From contig CAWCNS010000015.1 in assembly GCA_963796965.1 (NCBI GenBank), positions 1 to 30,827 on the forward strand: 30,827 nucleotides of DNA, written 5' to 3'. Below the pieces are notes generated by a model that did not search any database, was not told the DNA's origin, and worked only from the letters and a program-made list of their open reading frames with translations. A program made the position numbers and the translations under genes. Numbering within the stretch: the first letter of the stretch is position 1; the number at the start of each line of letters is the position of its first letter. Source of the stretch: Calditrichia bacterium. GTDB taxonomy: Bacteria > Calditrichota > Calditrichia > JAJRVZ01. Below are positions 10,905 to 22,022 of the stretch, in pieces.

Positions 10905-12537
10905 ATGAGCAACAAACCCAACATCCTGCTTATACTTAATGATGACATGGGATATTCAGATCTTGGATGTTATGGCGGTGAAGTGCATACACCGCACCTG
11001 GATTCCCTGGCAGCCGATGGGCTGCGCTATACACAATTTTACAACACAGCCCGCTGCTGTCCTTCCCGGGCATCATTACTTACCGGTCTCTATCCCCATC
11101 AGGCGGATATCGGGCATATGATGGGAGATGATGGCATTGATGGCTATCTGGGGGATTTAAATCAGAATACGGTAACCCTTGGCGAAGTTATGAAGCAGGG
11201 AGGCTATACAACCTATATGTCCGGCAAGTGGCATGTGACCCGCCATCTGGATGGCCCAAAACATAATTGGCCCAAGCAACGCGGATTCGATGATTTTTAT
11301 GGCATTATCACCGGCGCAGCCAGCTGATTATCAACCGCGCACATTAACCCGAAACAATGAAAGTATTGAACCCGAAGGAAGTGATTTTTTCCTAACGGAT
11401 GCAATCACGGATGAAGCAATTCGTCAACTCGAAGATCATACGTCTCTAAAGGAAAACAGGCCATTTTTTCAGTATGTGGCCTATACGGCGCCACATTGGC
11501 CCTTGCATGCCCATGAAGAAGATAGTGCCAAATATAAGGGCCGTTTCGATGCCGGGTGGGATGATTTGCGCGAGCAACGTTTGGAACGGATGGTGAATAT
11601 GGGTCTTATTGATAAAAAGTGGCTGCTTACGGAACGTGATCCACAAGTGGGGCCATGGAAAAACGAATCTAATAAAGAATGGCAGGCCCGTCGGATGGAA
11701 GTGTATGCCGCTCAGATTGACCGAATGGATCAGGGCATTGGCCGCATATTACAAGCACTTGACAATACAAAGATATTGGAAAACACCTTAATAATCTTCC
11801 TTTCCGATAACGGAGGATGTGCGGAAGAACTTAGTACCAATACAGCCAATTGGATTGCCAAAGGGCCAGATAAGGCAGGAACCCTTAAAACGCGGAAAGG
11901 TCGGAATGTCCGCTTTGGTAACGATCCGACTATTATTCCTGGCGGCGAAGATACCTATAGCAGTTATGGTATTCCCTGGGCTAACCTATCCAACACACCG
12001 TTTCGTCTTTACAAGCATTGGGTTCATGAAGGGGGTATCGCCACCCCATTTATTGTTCATTGGCCTGCCGGAATCAAGGCCCGGGGCGCGCTTCGACATC
12101 AGCCTGCACAGTTACCTGATATCATGGCTACTTTTCTCGATATTGCTGAAGTGGACTATCCGAAAATTTACAATGGAAGGACCATCAAACCTTTGGAAGG
12201 ATATAGCATGGTGCCAACCTTTGCAGACCAAAGTTCTCCTCGCGAAGTGCTCTATTGGGAACATGAAGGAAATAAAGCCGTACGCAAAGGAAAATGGAAG
12301 TTAGTATGTAAATATCCGGGCGAATGGGAACTTTATAATATGGATGCCGACCGAACGGAATTAAATAATCTTGCCGCAGAACAACCCAATAGTGTCCGTA
12401 ATCTGGCCAGGCTCTATACGGAATGGGCGAAAAAGTGTATCATTTTACCCTGGGATGATGTCATCAAACTTAAGTCAGAAATTAAAAAGAAATCGGTACG
12501 GGAATCCGGATCGGAAATAGATCCTTTTAAGAGATGA
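10905..12537 (+). CDS. Arylsulfatase (AtsA-like, ~543 aa, no signal peptide), +1 frameshift at ~11326
   Basis: KPNILLILNDDMGYSDLG, CCPSRASLLTG, GKWH, YTAPHWPLHA, SDNGG, YKHWVHEGGIATP. Removing the G at 11326 gives GAASYYQPR. Confidence 0.9.
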
Positions 12538-12545
12538 ACTGATTT

Positions 12546-12779
12546 TTCACGCAAAGACCTGCCCGCCGGCAGGCGCGGCGCCAAGCCGCAGAGGAGGATA
12601 CTAAAAAATAAATAATATCAGTCGGCGGACCGATTTGCACGCTGGGAGGCGCATCTTCGACCTATCGGCTGATTAAATACTAAAAGTGTAATGATTACGT
12701 TATCTAATTTTTAAAATATTTTTTTCTTTATTTTGTATTTTTTATTGATTCTCTTTGCGTCTCCGCGTCTTTGCGAGAA
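12546..12779. repeat. CGCAAAGACGCGG inverted-repeat element with an inserted 16-bp palindrome and an internal hairpin
   Basis: Left arm CGCAAAGA[CCTGCCCGCCGGCAGG]CGCGG; right arm CCGCGTCTTTGCG; internal stem ATCAGTCG...CGGCTGAT (12617-12673). Confidence 0.75.
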
Positions 12780-12889
12780 TTAATAACGCAATTTTTCTGG
12801 TAAAAAATCTGGATTTCACTAGAACCTTTTGTGACTGCCTGAATATGCAGTATTAGTTTAATATATTAATAAATTAAGAGGGGAAACAC

Positions 12890-13074
12890 ATGTTTGAATG
12901 GTTCTTTAGTCCCGAAGCATGGTTGGCTTTACTCTGATTGCTGAAGGGTTTGATGTCCACGTTCCTAAAGGCTACATATATTTTTCCATGATATTTTCAC
13001 TCTCTGTGGAAATGTTGAATTTACGACTACGTAAAAAACAAACGGCTACAATCGCTTTACATAAAAAAATGTAA
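12890..13074 (+). pseudogene. Internally deleted TerC-family (YgdQ/UPF0053-like) membrane protein gene
   Basis: RBS GAGGGG then MFEWFFSPEAWLALL* (typical TerC N-terminus), fused out of frame to GFTLIAEGFDVHVPKGYIYFSMIFSLSVEMLNLRLRKK...* (typical TerC C-terminus). Not in the ORF track. Confidence 0.8.
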
Positions 13075-13250
13075 GAGGATGAGTTTTTCTTATCACAACA
13101 TTGATCAAATTATTTAAACCGGGCACTCGTGATTAATGGATAAGGGTGACCCGTCGCTTAGGTCACGATCGTTATGTTTAAACTTGCTACAATTATGCAA
13201 ACTGTTATGGATATGACGTGTAAAACTATAATTCCAGGGAGAAGTAAAGG

Positions 13251-13934
13251 ATGAAGATAAAAATATATTCACTTCTTGTATGTATTTCTATGTACGCCTT
13301 CGTGTTAAGTGCTTATGCCGGTGGTTTGCCAAAAGGATTTGTATATATAAATGATATTATACCAGATGTTTCGATTGAGTTGAGATATGCCGGGAATAAC
13401 AATTTCGTCGGAGAGCCAATTGAGGGATACGGATCTGACCGATGTATCATCACGGCGGATGCTGCCTATGCCCTGAAAAGAGTGCAAAATCATTTGAAAT
13501 TATTTGGATTAGGTTTGAAAATATTTGATGCCTACAGATCCCAGGGTGCCGTTGATCATTTTATTAGATGGGCCGAGGACACAACGGATACAAAAATGAA
13601 ACAGCACTATTATCCCTCTGTACAAAAATCTGAATTATTTGATAAAGGCTATATTTCACGTAAATCGGGTCATAGCAGAGGAAGCACGGTTGATTTAACA
13701 TTAATTGATCTTGCAAGTGGGAATGAAATGGATATGGGATCACCCTATGACTTTTTTGATGAGAAATCACATGTTTTGTACAGCGGAATTTCCACCCAGC
13801 AAAGGGCAAACCGATTGTTATTGAGACAGGTAATGACCGAATATGAATTTATCCCCATAAAATCTGAATGGTGGCACTTTACACTGCAGAATGAACCTTT
13901 TAAAGATACCTATTTTGACTTTATGATTGAATAA
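13251..13934 (+). CDS. ddpX: D-alanyl-D-alanine dipeptidase (M15D, VanX/DdpX family) with signal peptide
   Basis: ELRYAGNNNFVG, FDAYR, SGHSRGSTVDLT (SxHxxGxxxD), EWWHF. Confidence 0.9.
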   Translation: MKIKIYSLLVCISMYAFVLSAYAGGLPKGFVYINDIIPDVSIELRYAGNNNFVGEPIEGYGSDRCIITADAAYALKRVQNHLKLFGLGLKIFDAYRSQGAVDHFIRWAEDTTDTKMKQHYYPSVQKSELFDKGYISRKSGHSRGSTVDLTLIDLASGNEMDMGSPYDFFDEKSHVLYSGISTQQRANRLLLRQVMTEYEFIPIKSEWWHFTLQNEPFKDTYFDFMIE

Positions 13935-13988
13935 GGGTGCACTGGTGTCATCGCAAATCTATACCAATAAAGGAGAATATCTTAAATA

Positions 13989-16011
13989 ATGAATCGTCGT
14001 GATCACCTAAAAATGCTTGGTTTACTGCCTATGTTTACAATTTTCGGGATGGGCAGAAATAACAGAGATAAGTCACTAGTGAGAAATAATGCTGAAATGA
14101 GTTACGATATCCTCATATACGGTGCAACTCCCGGTGGCATTTCATGCGCAGTTCGGGCAGCCAGAGAAGGATTAAATGTAGCACTTGTCAATCATACGCA
14201 TCATTTAGGGGGTATGTTTGTCAATGGTCTTGGTACTATGGATACGCTTTATAATGGGTCTCGTGCTCCTATTTATGATGAGCTTCGATTCAGCATTTAT
14301 GATTATTATAGAAAAAAATATGGGTATAATTCAAAACAATATAAAGCAACTCAACCAGGTTTTCCGAAAACCCGCTTTGAATCCCATGTACTTGAATATC
14401 TGATCAATGAAATGTTGATAAATGAACCTGGAATTACGATTATTAAAGGGTATTATCCAACAAATGCACATAAGACCAAAAGGATTCTTAAAAGTGTTTC
14501 ATTCAGCCAGTTGGACGGTGATAATACAATTGAATTACAGGGTGAAATATTCGTGGACTGCTCCTATGAAGGCGATCTGGCCGCTATTGTCGGTGTTAAA
14601 TGTCGGATTGGCCGCGAATCTCGCAATGAGTATGGAGAGGAACATGCCGGTATCATCTATATGGAAAAAGGATACTGGCCACCCAAGGAAGGATTACACC
14701 AGAAAGATTTTGAGCAAGTACGTCGCCTGAATCTTTTTAGATATGATGATTGGTCTAATCCTATTATAACTCCGGAGAGTAGCGGAGAAGCCCATGAGGC
14801 AGTTCAAGCCTTTAATATACGCACAACACTTACCGATGATCCAGGCAACCGAATTATACCGAAGAAACCTGATAACTATGATCCGGAATATTTAAGAAAG
14901 ACCTTTGGTCATGATGGATCGCCAGGACTAGGCGTTCCGAATATGAAAACGAGCTGGAATCAACCAGAATTGGTCGGCGAGCAAAACAATTATATTGAGG
15001 GAGATTGGTCACAAAGGAAACAAATTTATCAGAAGTTTCGTGATGTAACTTTGGGATTATTATACTTCAGACAGAATGATAAGTCTGTACCTGACAGATA
15101 GGCAAAAGATGTGGCAACAATTTGGACTTCCGAAAGACGAGTATAAAGACAATGGGTATATGCCGTATGAAGTATACGTCCGGGAATCAAGGCGCATAGT
15201 AGGCCGAAAAGTTTTCACCGAAAATGACGCCGTGATAGCAGATGGATTAAATCGCGCCCCGGTTCACCCTGATAGCATCAGTATTACAGAATGGTTTATG
15301 GACTCACATGCCTGTACGAATAAACGTTTGCCGGGTAGCAAACTAGAGGGAGAGGTGATGCTCAAGAACCAGACATTCCCGGGTCAAATACCCTTTGGCT
15401 CAATTCTTCCTCAAAACATTGATAATCTCATCGTACCTGTATGTCTCTCCGCAAGTCATATCGGATGGGGGACGATTCGGCTTGAGCCGACCTGGATGAG
15501 TATCGGTGAAGCAGCAGGCTATGTTGCTAACCTGGCCATAAAAAAGCAAATTCCACCCGCATCAATTAATAGCGATGAATTAACACGCTTATTGGCAAGA
15601 AAGGGCATTATGTTGTCCTTCTTCAATGATATGGAAGGAAGGGAATATTCACCATGGTATCCGGCCCTGCAATATCTGGCTACCCAGGGTTTCTTTGGAT
15701 CCTATGATGCCCTCCCGAATGAAAAGTTAAAAACAAATTTAGCAGATGCCTGGATAGACTATTTCGGCAAATGGATTAAGGACCGATCTTCCTGTACAAT
15801 ACATACTATTGCGGCAATACTTTCAGCAGAACAGAAAGGTGGCAAGGCAGTCAAGGCGAACGGCTTTGCCAAACGTTTAAATAGTATACTTTATCCTGAT
15901 GATCATATGGCTAACGCTATGATGAACCTGCTACAAAGATTAGATATCTCTCCGGACGGCTTAATATCCCGGGGCGATGCCTGCCGGTTGATGTTTGAGG
16001 CTACTTCCTAA
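13989..16011 (+). CDS. Tat-exported FAD-dependent oxidoreductase (~673 aa), frameshift at ~15095
   Basis: MNRRDHLK twin-arginine signal; YDILIYGATPGG Rossmann motif; FVDCSYEGDL, GRESRNEYGE; downstream YVRESRRIVG and SASHIGWGTIRLEP belong to the same family. Confidence 0.85.
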
Positions 16012-16214
16012 AAATAAAGAATAATGTTGATAGGTTATGTAAAAATCATAAAAAAACTATATAATGAATAAAATATGATAAAGAAGCTGTGAATTATTTT
16101 GTGTTTCTCTGTGGATATTTTTTACACTACCAACAGGGGAGTAAGGAGAGCAATACTGAGAAATCGTAAATACATAAGCGAATTAAAATTAAAGAGAAAT
16201 TAATTAATATTATT

Positions 16215-16248
16215 AAAAATTCGTGTTAATTAGTGTAATTCGTGGACT
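16215..16248. repeat. Single arm of the CACGAATT/CACTAATT family (copy C)
   Basis: AAAAATTCGTGTTAATTAGTGTAATTCGTGGACT is nearly the reverse complement of the left arm at 2885-2918. Confidence 0.75.
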
Positions 16249-16356
16249 TTCTTTCCGCAAAAAGGCGCAAGAAAACCAATAAATTGATGTAAATCATTAT
16301 TCGTCTGCATCATTGGCTTACAAGATTAAAGAACTAGATAGGAAGGAAGAAATATA

Positions 16357-17358
16357 ATGCAATACCATTTGCTCGGAAATTCAGGGCTAAAGGTCAGCGA
16401 AGTTTGTATGGGTGCCATGACTTTCGGCCGGGAAACAGTGAAAGCCGACAGTCATAAAATGCTTGATATCTATATGGAAGCGGGAGGCAATTTCATCGAT
16501 ACGGCTAATATGTATTCTACGGGTGTTTCCGAAGAAATTGTAGGAGAATGGTTAGAGAAACAGAATCGGGAAGACATCGTACTTGCCACAAAGGTCCGTT
16601 TTCCTATGGGAACCGAGCCAAATCAGTCCGGTCTAGGGCGAAAACATGTGCTGGCCTCTGTTGAAGCCAGTCTCACCAGGATGAAAACCGATTATGTCGA
16701 CCTCCTGTATGCGCACGCCTGGGATGATCATGCGCCCCTGGAGGAAACGCTGGAGACGTTCAGTGGTCTGGTCAGACAGGGCAAAGTCCGTTACATTGCG
16801 GCAAGTAATTTTGGCGCCCGGCATATTCAGAAGGCGGCTGATCTGAGCCAATTCAAAGGTTATATGCCTTTTATTGCGCTGCAAGCCAAATACAACCTCC
16901 TGGTTCGATCAGCGGAATGGGAACTTCTTCCCGCCTGTGAAGAAAATGGTTTGGGGTTTACCGTTTGGGGTCCGCTCCTGGGCGGCTGGCTCAGCGGACG
17001 TTACCAACGGGGAATGAAGGAGCCCGGAGCCGGCCGGGTTAAGGATGCTGAAAAATTTAACAGATTTGAAAAATGGTCACGATATAATACCGAATTAACC
17101 TGGTCGATTATTGACAAAGTAACCGAAATAGCTGGACGATTGGATAAAAGTCCGGCACAGGTTTCCTTAAACTGGCTTCTTAATAAGAAAGGTGTCAGCT
17201 CCGTAATCCTGGGGGCGAGAGAAATTGACCAGTTAAAAGATAATCTTGGCTGCCTGGGTTGGCGTTTAAGTGAAGATGATATGGCTGAGCTGGATAGGGT
17301 CTCGGAGACAGACAAACCCTATCCCTATGATTTTATTGAAATGGCAAAAAATCTATAG
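16357..17358 (+). CDS. Aldo/keto reductase
   Basis: LGNSGLKVSEVCMGAMTFG, FIDTANMY, VLATKV, DYVDLLYAH, GKVRYIAASNF, WGPLLGG, VILGAR. Confidence 0.93.
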   Translation: MQYHLLGNSGLKVSEVCMGAMTFGRETVKADSHKMLDIYMEAGGNFIDTANMYSTGVSEEIVGEWLEKQNREDIVLATKVRFPMGTEPNQSGLGRKHVLASVEASLTRMKTDYVDLLYAHAWDDHAPLEETLETFSGLVRQGKVRYIAASNFGARHIQKAADLSQFKGYMPFIALQAKYNLLVRSAEWELLPACEENGLGFTVWGPLLGGWLSGRYQRGMKEPGAGRVKDAEKFNRFEKWSRYNTELTWSIIDKVTEIAGRLDKSPAQVSLNWLLNKKGVSSVILGAREIDQLKDNLGCLGWRLSEDDMAELDRVSETDKPYPYDFIEMAKNL

Positions 17359-17431
17359 GAAGATTTGTACCAACAATCCATTAATGTAGGACATTATCTA
17401 TATTTAAACATAATACTTTAGAGGATTTTCT

Positions 17432-18628
17432 ATGCATCAGCGGTTGAAACTTCTCCGATTGATACAGTTTGTATTAATTTTTTCTGCAGTCACGATGGCA
17501 GCGGAGTTAAAAGTTTCCATAAATCATTCAGGTGGATCCGGAGAGGTGTTGCTGATTGATCAGCCGAGCCGATTGATAAAGATTAATCCAACTAAGCATG
17601 AAAACCGTGGATGGGTTTGCTGGTGGTATATCAAAGTAACGGGGATAAGTCCAGGTGATACGATCACCCTCGATGTAGGTGAAGGATCCTGGGCGACACC
17701 TTCCCGCGCAGCATTTAGTTTAAATAATGTTAAGTGGCAGCAAACTAGCCCGGGTAAACGTCAGGAGGAACGGATTATTTATAAACAAAAAGTAGATACG
17801 TCCGAATGTTGGTTTGCCTGGGGCCCCCCGTTTGGACCAGAGAAAGCAAAAGAACTGATTGATGCTGTTGCATTACATTATACATATGCCACTGCTTTCG
17901 AGTTGTGTAAAACCCGCGAGGGAAGATCTGTTCCCGCATTAATTATCAAAGAAAATGGAACGGATAATAACAAACCAAATGGTATATGGATTCAGGCACG
18001 TCAGCATGCCTGGGAATCCGGCGCAAGTTGGGTTTGCAGTGGCTTTATTGACTGGATCACCAGCGAGAATCCACGAGCGGAAGTTTTACGCAAAAAATCA
18101 GTTATCACAATCGTACCAATTATGGATATAGATAATGTAGTAATTGGTGCCGGTGGAAAGAACCAGAAACCACAGGACCATAATCGTGATTGGAGTGATT
18201 CACCTCATTGGAATAGTGTTAAATCGGCGATAGAGCAGATTAGAAACATGGATAGGCGGGGTGAATTTGAATTGTTTATCGATCTGCATAACCCGGGTGC
18301 AAGGGATCAGGATCCATATTTCTACTTGTCGCCGCAGGAATTCCTTTCTGATCTTGGCGCCAAAAATCTTGATCGATTCCTTGCGGCGTCACAGCAAGAG
18401 ATCAGTGGGCCACTTGCTTATAAAGGTCGCAATGATGCTTTGGCAAAAGATTATGATGAGAATTGGCAAAAGATAAGCAATAACTGGATTATTTTGAATA
18501 CAGCTGATAATGTTGTGGCAGCCAGCCTGGAAACGCCGTGGAATACGCCTTACAGTAATACTGCTGGTTATCAACGAGTTGGAAGGGAACTGGGCAAAGC
18601 AATTGAGCGATACTTTCGTTCAGAATAG
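17432..18628 (+). CDS. Secreted M14-family zinc carboxypeptidase-like protein
   Basis: Signal peptide; ARQHAWE (HxxE), DHNRDW, FIDLH, LETPW. Confidence 0.8.
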   Translation: MHQRLKLLRLIQFVLIFSAVTMAAELKVSINHSGGSGEVLLIDQPSRLIKINPTKHENRGWVCWWYIKVTGISPGDTITLDVGEGSWATPSRAAFSLNNVKWQQTSPGKRQEERIIYKQKVDTSECWFAWGPPFGPEKAKELIDAVALHYTYATAFELCKTREGRSVPALIIKENGTDNNKPNGIWIQARQHAWESGASWVCSGFIDWITSENPRAEVLRKKSVITIVPIMDIDNVVIGAGGKNQKPQDHNRDWSDSPHWNSVKSAIEQIRNMDRRGEFELFIDLHNPGARDQDPYFYLSPQEFLSDLGAKNLDRFLAASQQEISGPLAYKGRNDALAKDYDENWQKISNNWIILNTADNVVAASLETPWNTPYSNTAGYQRVGRELGKAIERYFRSE

Positions 18629-18664
18629 GTGCTGAATTTTTATTCTTTTTATTTATATTGGAGT

Positions 18665-19924
18665 TTATTGAATTGTCCTTACACAGCGGACATAATTAAA
18701 AATTCTGATTGCATCACCCTGGGGACCATGGCCGGTGGGGAAATCATCAGGATTACCCATTTTAGGATCGCTGCGTTGGGCACCGGCGCCATGTACGTCC
18801 TGCCATCTACCATCCATATAGCCCATCGCCCGGCCAAAACTCACATAGGAAGCATACCCACCCGCGACAGCTGACCAGTTGGCATGTGTCGTGCTTGTCC
18901 AATAGCAACCATAATCTGCCTGGCCGGCTTCATTTGTGATTTGAGTACAATTAAAAAGCGGATCTATAGCTGCAGAGCCTGTTGTCCCTGGTGAACGTGC
19001 ATAATCAACAATGCTTTGCATCTCTTTTACATTCGGCAAGCGCCAATCAGAATACCCTGCGTATTCCAGGTTTTCAGCATAATTCAGGGCATCTTCCCAA
19101 TTCATACCTGTCTTGCTGTCATTTTGCATCCACATTAAACCGGTCGCATTGTCGGTAATCGTGCTGTCACCGTTATCTGCAAAATTATTAATACCATATT
19201 CCGTGTTACCTCTTACATACAAAACAAAAAAAGTTTTTTCACCCGGTCCAAAAGGCATTCGTAATCCGTACCCTTTTATACGTCCGTCAGCAAAATTCAC
19301 CCCGAACAATAATTCTCCATCCATATACATATTTGAACTGGCAAATTGTGAATCAATAATACGTTCTCCGGCATCGGTGTCGCCATAGGCAAAATCGAAA
19401 TAATCCGTATTGATGAAAGGAACCAGGCCATCAGTTGAAGTACCTTCATAACCGCTGGGATCCACACCGCTAAATAAAATGAGTGAATATTGTTCTTTGA
19501 TAGTTGGCAGGCGCCAGTCGTCGTAGCCGGCCAAATCAAAATTGTCTGCACCGGCAACCGCTGCATCATAGGTCATTTTATCGGCTGCATCGATATCGCC
19601 GTCACCATCCATATCCGGACTTTGGGCCCACATCAGACCGGTTACCATATCCGTTACGGTTCCATCGCCATTATCTACATAATTTGGTTCATTGCGTGAG
19701 TATTGTGCATCCTGTCCGTAAAATGCCTCGCTGGCAGCAGGAGAGGTGATCTCACTATTATTATTATAAAAGATTGATTGGTTTGTGCTCACCAGCGGAT
19801 AGCCAGTTATAGCCGGCAGGTTATTTACTTCAGTTTCATCTGGCTCAACGGCTGTCGATGATTCATTGCATGATATTTCAATGGGGATTAAAAACGCGAC
19901 GAGTATTATGAAAATTGCTTTCAT
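18665..19924 (-). CDS. Lipoprotein with two DUF1566 (Lcl C-terminal-like) domains
   Basis: Lipobox-like ISC; two repeats DNGD(G/S)T(V/I)TDxxTGLMW...DWRLPxxKE; terminal YVRCVR. Confidence 0.85.
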   Translation of the reverse strand: MKAIFIILVAFLIPIEISCNESSTAVEPDETEVNNLPAITGYPLVSTNQSIFYNNNSEITSPAASEAFYGQDAQYSRNEPNYVDNGDGTVTDMVTGLMWAQSPDMDGDGDIDAADKMTYDAAVAGADNFDLAGYDDWRLPTIKEQYSLILFSGVDPSGYEGTSTDGLVPFINTDYFDFAYGDTDAGERIIDSQFASSNMYMDGELLFGVNFADGRIKGYGLRMPFGPGEKTFFVLYVRGNTEYGINNFADNGDSTITDNATGLMWMQNDSKTGMNWEDALNYAENLEYAGYSDWRLPNVKEMQSIVDYARSPGTTGSAAIDPLFNCTQITNEAGQADYGCYWTSTTHANWSAVAGGYASYVSFGRAMGYMDGRWQDVHGAGAQRSDPKMGNPDDFPTGHGPQGDAIRIFNYVRCVRTIQ

Positions 19925-19945
19925 TATTATATTCTCCTTCTAAAA

Positions 19946-20024
19946 AGATCCCGTACCAAGTTCGAGATGACAACTCGTCACCCTGAATCCTGGCCTGTCA
20001 CCAGGACAGGATTGTTTCAGGTCT
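19946..20024. repeat. GTCA(T/C)CCTGAA...TTCAGG / AGATCCCG...GATGAC REP-like hairpin pair with a small insertion
   Basis: Same family as 22184-22255; CCTGGCCTGTCACCAGGACAGGA is inserted in the second hairpin. Confidence 0.7.
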
Positions 20025-20042
20025 TATTTAATAAGTTAATAA

Positions 20043-20454
20043 TTATTTATGACCTGGTCTGTTTTCATCATGGTGTCTTTGCCGGTTTTCCATGAATTCT
20101 TCAAACTCTGTTATTTGCTCATCTGTTAATAATTCTTTTATCTGTTCTTCAAAATCCTCTCTCAAATCGTCCATGGCCTGGCGATGGTTTTCACGGTCAC
20201 CTTTCTGTTCTTCCATGAGCTCTTTTGCCTCTTCAAAATGATCAAAATGTATTTTAGATATAGCGGCCTTCTGTTCCTTTGTTAATGAAAGTGTTATATC
20301 CAATTCTGCAATTATTTCTATAATCTGTATAGAATCAGGAAGTGCCGGCGGACGATGCTGAGGCAGTCTGTTTTGCATAAAGATTTCCTGAAACAATGAG
20401 ACTTCCTAACAAAATGATTAATATCCAATTTCTGATACTTTGATGCTTGCTCAT
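20043..20454 (-). CDS. Periplasmic Spy/CpxP-like (LTxxQ) protein (~136 aa), frameshift at ~20373
   Basis: ATG at 20454 after AGGAG gives signal peptide MSKHQSIRNWILIILLGSLIVSGNLYA, continuing in the shifted frame with LSLTKEQK and LLTDEQ. Confidence 0.75.
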
Positions 20455-20500
20455 GATTTACTCCTTTGTATTTAGTTTTAATTATTTATTCTTTATTATT

Positions 20501-20530
20501 TAAGACGATGTTTGTAAAAGAAACTTGTGG
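20501..20530 (-). promoter_or_regulatory. ECF-type promoter P1 (Spy-like/DUF1566 unit)
   Basis: CCACAAGTTT-N13-CGTCTTA on the - strand, 47 bp before the ATG at 20454. Confidence 0.8.
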
Positions 20531-20568
20531 GTGTGTGAAAACTTTTTGGGATGTGTTATAGTGAGGCC

Positions 20569-20605
20569 AAAAAAAAGCCCCTTACCTGAGTGTGATAAAG
20601 GGCTT
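20569..20605 (-). terminator. Intrinsic terminator after cotH
   Basis: AAGCCCTTTATC...GGTAAGGGGC followed by T8 on the - strand. Confidence 0.75.
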
Positions 20606-20630
20606 GCTGATATTTTAAATTGAGCAGATT

Positions 20631-22022
20631 TTAATTCACATAATTCATTACAATAGTATAACGGTTGTTGGCATGGGAGATCAAGTAATTCACAGCAACA
20701 TCAAAATCACCATCAGATTCTAAAAAAGTATAATTATCCTGTTCGCCATCTGTTCCAACGACATAATTATATATTAAATTTTGATAATATTGATATTTAT
20801 TGGCTATTTTTGATGGTTCAAAAGCGGACTCTACAACCTGGCCTAAATATATCTTGTACCTATTCAGATAAACTTCATCATCTAATAAATAACGAATCAG
20901 AGGCCAGCCACTATTCACCTCGTTACAGGAAACCGAAAGGGCTCCCCCTCTTTTTCCGGTTTGTAAAGCTTCGTTATTATCCCAGGGAATCCAGGTTAAC
21001 CAGTTATGTTCAGGATCATTGTATAAATAATAGTTATGGGTCATAATGCCATAGGTGTCCCAGTTTTGAATAGCGATATTTACAGCGAGCCATCTCAAAA
21101 ATCCATCCACATTAAATACCTTTTCCAGAGATGTCCTCCAGGCGGTTGCATCAGTCGTTCTTTGGGAGGAATGCAGAACATTATAAAGCGCTTCAACATC
21201 TGACCAATCGGTTTCTTCATTGGTCTTTTTTTCAAAATCAAATGTATTGAATGTGTTCTTGGCAAAACTGGCTCCACTGCCTTCCGGTTTATAAACATTG
21301 CCGTCATCATTCGAGAACTGGTCCTTTATCACTGTGTTATCAACAATCTCGACCATTGTATACAGACCAAAATAGATGGGTCCGGTCCCATAATCGATAT
21401 AAATCCGGTAATAGGCGGTTTGAGGAGCGGGAACCCCAAAATCCCTGAAGATTTCAGGGACAATCTTTTCGCGCATTAATGATTCATCATCATAATTACT
21501 GGAAAGAGCGAGCTCTTTAAAACCATAGAAACGCTGATTGGCAATTTTCGGAATGTCATCCTCAAAACGGTCGAAATTTAGCCGTAATGGCATTTTCCAG
21601 ATTCCGCTTGCCCAGGAATTCTGCAGGCTGGAATTTCCTTTGAAACGTAGGCCAACCTGGTACCATTCGATGTCCCCGAAAAAAACAGAACAGGGTACAT
21701 AAATCGGATTATCGCCGGATTCTCCTGCTTCTGGTGGCCGGCCGCCGGAGGATCCAAAACTTCCATAGTTTTGAGTCATATCCTCCAGCATTACCTGCCA
21801 GTTGTCATTATCTATTACCAGGTCTATACGATTCACCTGATCCTGGGGAAAAACCAGGTCATAATTAAGGTCAGCGCTTTTGCTGTGAGTGGCTCCCGTC
21901 CAATCAGGAATTTCAATATCCGTATCCACGATCGGCTGACTTTCCATAATATTTGTGGTTGTTTCTTCACATCCGGCTATTAGTAAAGTAATGATCATGA
22001 ATGATAATAATTTGTTAATCAT
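20631..22022 (-). CDS. cotH: CotH kinase family lipoprotein
   Basis: Lipobox LIAGC; GLRFKGNSS, SLMREKI, YFGLYTMVE, NWDTY, HNYYLY, IPWDNNEA. Confidence 0.88.
   Translation of the reverse strand: MINKLLSFMIITLLIAGCEETTTNIMESQPIVDTDIEIPDWTGATHSKSADLNYDLVFPQDQVNRIDLVIDNDNWQVMLEDMTQNYGSFGSSGGRPPEAGESGDNPIYVPCSVFFGDIEWYQVGLRFKGNSSLQNSWASGIWKMPLRLNFDRFEDDIPKIANQRFYGFKELALSSNYDDESLMREKIVPEIFRDFGVPAPQTAYYRIYIDYGTGPIYFGLYTMVEIVDNTVIKDQFSNDDGNVYKPEGSGASFAKNTFNTFDFEKKTNEETDWSDVEALYNVLHSSQRTTDATAWRTSLEKVFNVDGFLRWLAVNIAIQNWDTYGIMTHNYYLYNDPEHNWLTWIPWDNNEALQTGKRGGALSVSCNEVNSGWPLIRYLLDDEVYLNRYKIYLGQVVESAFEPSKIANKYQYYQNLIYNYVVGTDGEQDNYTFLESDGDFDVAVNYLISHANNRYTIVMNYVN

Noticed and set aside
13100..13185. attC-like site before ddpX (GTTATGT), and similarly GTTATGC near 9141
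   Set aside because: No matching inverse core or proper attC stem was found, and there is no integrase in the window.
13251..13934. Vancomycin-resistance cluster
   Set aside because: The VanX-family gene is solitary and has a signal peptide; no vanH, vanA or vanRS genes are nearby.
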